Source: Candidatus Poribacteria bacterium (GTDB taxonomy: Bacteria > Poribacteria > WGA-4E > WGA-3G). Taken from it: DNA of 64,000 nt. The translations under genes and the position numbers were made by a program. The DNA is taken from contig CBDANF010000002.1 in the NCBI GenBank assembly GCA_965197475.1, positions 832,001-896,000 on the forward strand, in the 5' to 3' direction. The first letter of the stretch is position 1; each line of letters begins with the position of its first letter. The notes under the pieces were generated by a model. The model did not search any database, was not told the origin of the DNA, and saw nothing but the letters and a program-made list of their open reading frames with translations. Shown one piece after another: positions 61,284-64,000 of the stretch.

Positions 61284-62109
61284 ATGAAACATTTTTCTAC
61301 CTTTTTTGTTCTTCTTATAGTTTTCTTTGGTTGTTCATCTAACGAAAATGTAACAATACCGGATCCCAACTTAGCTGCTGGCGTGCGCGAAACACTCGGC
61401 TTAAATACAAGTGATCCTATCCCGCGAAAGAAGTTGGAAAAAATTAAAGCATCTGAATGCTGATGGCAGAGGCATAAGGGACTTAACGGGGTTAGAAAAA
61501 GCAACGGGATTAAAGAATTTAGAACTTCGTAGGAATCAGATCAGCAGTATTAAACCGCTCAAGGATCTAACGCAATTAACCCATTTATATCTTGGAGATA
61601 ATCAGATTAGTGACATCAAACCTCTCACTAAATTGAAGCGATTAGTGGCGTTAAATCTTCAAAGGAATCAGATTAGTGACATCAAACCTCTTTCTAAGTT
61701 AACGGAGATGACAGATTTAGCACTCGGTGGAAATCAGATTAGTGACATCACACCACTTGCTGGAATGAAGCAATTGGCTTGGATATGGATTTGGGGGAAC
61801 CAACTTCGCGACATTACGCCGCTCGCTGAGTTGACACAATTAACAATATTGCATCTCAACAAAAACCAAATCAGTGATATTAAACCGCTTGCTGGATTAA
61901 CACAGTTAAATGAGTTAGTCCTCTCTGAAAATCAAATTAGCGATATAAGCCATATTGCGAATTTTTCAAATCTAAAACGTTTATATGTAAGACAAAATCC
62001 AATTCAGGATATGGAACCACTTCGGAAATTGTATGAACGACTTCCGAGTTTAGAAATGGATATCCCAGCACCAGTGGAGCTAAAAATTTCACCCCCTACC
62101 AATAAGTAA
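61284..62109 (+). pseudogene. internalin-like LRR lipoprotein, frameshifted at the A6 run 61438-61443
   Basis: Lipobox FFGC and cap in ORF 61281-61463; LRRs in ORF 61411-62109; removing one A gives 'LEKLKHLNAD'. Confidence 0.82.
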
Positions 62110-62159
62110 AAAATTGTAATTCCTCAACCAAGGAGTAGATATAGTAAAGGAGATAAACA

Positions 62160-63638
62160 ATGGACCCTATCAAGGAATATTTGAAACTTGAAACACGCCG
62201 TCAATTTTTTGGAAAGTGTGCCATGGGACTCGGCGGTGCAGCCCTCGCTTCATTGCTGCCGAATAGTATTGTCCGTGCCCTTGAACAGCAACCAGTACCA
62301 CAGACAGGCGGGTTGCCCGAACTACTGCACTTTGCACCGAAGGCGAAACGAGCGATCTACCTATTCATGTCCGGTGCGCCTTCGCAGATGGATATGTACG
62401 ACTATAAACCGAAGATGAGCGAATGGTTTGATAAAGAACTACCGGAAACGGTACGGATGGGGCAACGGCTTACTACGATGACTTCCGGACAAAAACGTTT
62501 CCCGGTTGCCCCTTCTATCTTTGAGTTTAAAAAGCATGACAATGGCGGTGATGGTGCTTGGGTTAGCGAGTTGCTCCCGCATACTGCATCTATGGTAAAA
62601 GACATCGTGATCATCAAATCGGTACACACCGATGCGATTAACCACGACCCTGCTATCACCTTTGTTTGTACCGGCGATGAAACTCCGGGCAAACCGAGTC
62701 TCGGCGCATGGCTCAGCTACGGGTTAGGCACTGAAAACAGAAATCTGCCATCATTTATTGTTATGAATGCGACCTGGACAGGCAGAAAGTCTGCACAAGC
62801 ACTTTATAACCGCCTCTGGGGTGCTGGATTCCTACCTTCCGAGCATCAAGGCGTACTCCTTCGCAGCCAAGGCGATCCAGTCTTATTCCTCTCAAACCCG
62901 AAAGGCATGAGTGAAAAAGCACGGAAACGCATGCTTGACTCGCTGGTCAAACTCAACGAAGAACTCTATGAGGAGGTCGGAGATCCAGAAACGCATGCCC
63001 GTATCTCTCAATATGAGATGGCGTACCGCATGCAGTCCTCTGTACCTGAACTCACGGACCTGAAACAGGAGTCGGACAAAGTCAAGGAGATGTACGGTCC
63101 CGATGTCAACACCCCTGGCACATTCGCCAACTGCTGTATCCTTGCACGTCGGATGATGGAACGTGATGTTCGCCTCGTCCAAATCTTCCATCGCGGTTGG
63201 GATCAGCACGGCAATCTACCGAACGACATCCGAAATCAGTGCCGTGACATTGACCAACCCGCAACAGCACTTGTTCAAGACCTGAAACAGCGTGGCATGC
63301 TTGACGATACGCTTGTTGTGTGGGGTGGTGAATTCGGACGGACTGTCTATTGCCAAGGCGCACTCAAGAAGGATAACTACGGGCGAGATCATCACCCGAA
63401 GTGTTTCACTATGTGGATGGCGGGTGCTGGTATTAAAGGCGGAATCGTCCACGGCGAAACCGATGAGTTTAGTTACAATATTGTCAAGGACCCTGTCTCT
63501 GTCCGAGATTTAAATGCCACGATTCTCAACCAACTCGGCATTGACCATGAAAGGTTGACCTTTAAGTTCCAAGGACTTGACCATCGGTTAACTGGGGTAG
63601 AGGAAAAAGCGCGTGTTGTCAACGAGATATTGGTATGA
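62160..63638 (+). CDS. DUF1501 family protein with Tat signal (second copy)
   Basis: Same 492-aa length and near-identical protein to 59708-61186. Confidence 0.92.
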   Translation: MDPIKEYLKLETRRQFFGKCAMGLGGAALASLLPNSIVRALEQQPVPQTGGLPELLHFAPKAKRAIYLFMSGAPSQMDMYDYKPKMSEWFDKELPETVRMGQRLTTMTSGQKRFPVAPSIFEFKKHDNGGDGAWVSELLPHTASMVKDIVIIKSVHTDAINHDPAITFVCTGDETPGKPSLGAWLSYGLGTENRNLPSFIVMNATWTGRKSAQALYNRLWGAGFLPSEHQGVLLRSQGDPVLFLSNPKGMSEKARKRMLDSLVKLNEELYEEVGDPETHARISQYEMAYRMQSSVPELTDLKQESDKVKEMYGPDVNTPGTFANCCILARRMMERDVRLVQIFHRGWDQHGNLPNDIRNQCRDIDQPATALVQDLKQRGMLDDTLVVWGGEFGRTVYCQGALKKDNYGRDHHPKCFTMWMAGAGIKGGIVHGETDEFSYNIVKDPVSVRDLNATILNQLGIDHERLTFKFQGLDHRLTGVEEKARVVNEILV

Positions 63639-63695
63639 TCTGAAACACCTAATGTTCGGCGCGTTTGAAAAGCGCGCCTACTTGTCAAGAAGATA

Positions 63696-64000
63696 ATGAA
63701 AAAATTAAAGGCAGTTGTTGTTGGCGCAGGTTGGTCTGCAGAAGGGCATACAAAGGCGTTTCAACATTATGGCGTTGAAGTGCTTACCATCTGTGCACGT
63801 AAGCCGGATATAGTGCAAAAAGTCGCGTCCGGATTAGGTGTGCCTGATGCGTCAATTGATTGGCGAAAGAGTTTGTTGGAACATAAGCCGGATATCGTTG
63901 CGCTGACAACTCCCGCAATTCTGCGGACAGAGGTCATCGAATTAGCAGTAGAACTCGGCTGCCACATCATCTGCGAAAAACCGTTGGCACTCACAGTGGA
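63696..64000 (+). CDS. Gfo/Idh/MocA family oxidoreductase, truncated by the window end
   Basis: Manual translation 'MKKLKAVVVGAGWSAEGH...PDIVALTTP...HIICEKPLAL'; not in the ORF track because it has no stop. Confidence 0.85.
   Translation, partial: MKKLKAVVVGAGWSAEGHTKAFQHYGVEVLTICARKPDIVQKVASGLGVPDASIDWRKSLLEHKPDIVALTTPAILRTEVIELAVELGCHIICEKPLALTV

Overview
A bacterial chromosomal window of roughly 43% GC (estimated by eye). It most resembles the sponge symbiont Ca. Poribacteria: expanded WD40, TPR and LRR proteins, tandem PhyH-like dioxygenases, a sulfatase, PSD1/DUF1501 genes and a C-terminal 'KLATTWGxLK' motif. This taxonomy is inferred, not searched. Core genes (archease, UvrD/AddA-like helicase-nuclease, selA, mobA, rsmI, rhaI, rpiA, bioF) are interleaved with three IS elements whose ends and target-site duplications (TSDs) can be read directly (IS1595-like, IS630-like, and an IS701/ISH3-like element), plus several different MITEs that each carry REP-like hairpins. 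The strongest lead is a HigB-type toxin behind a perfect sigma70 promoter. It is split by IS1595 and followed by a protein with a duplicated HigA-like N-terminal helix fused to about 10 TPRs instead of an HTH, a candidate sensor-antitoxin system. Other leads: a TPR-nuclease-coiled coil-TM gene broken by a 4-bp duplication; two PhyH-fold enzymes with a halogenase-like HxA motif; LRR genes with shuffled cassettes inside a PSD1/DUF1501 operon; an ABC-ATPase/TOPRIM defence-like pair; and eight frameshifts confined to accessory genes. No rRNA, tRNA or CRISPR array was recognised. All family calls come from motif recognition by eye.
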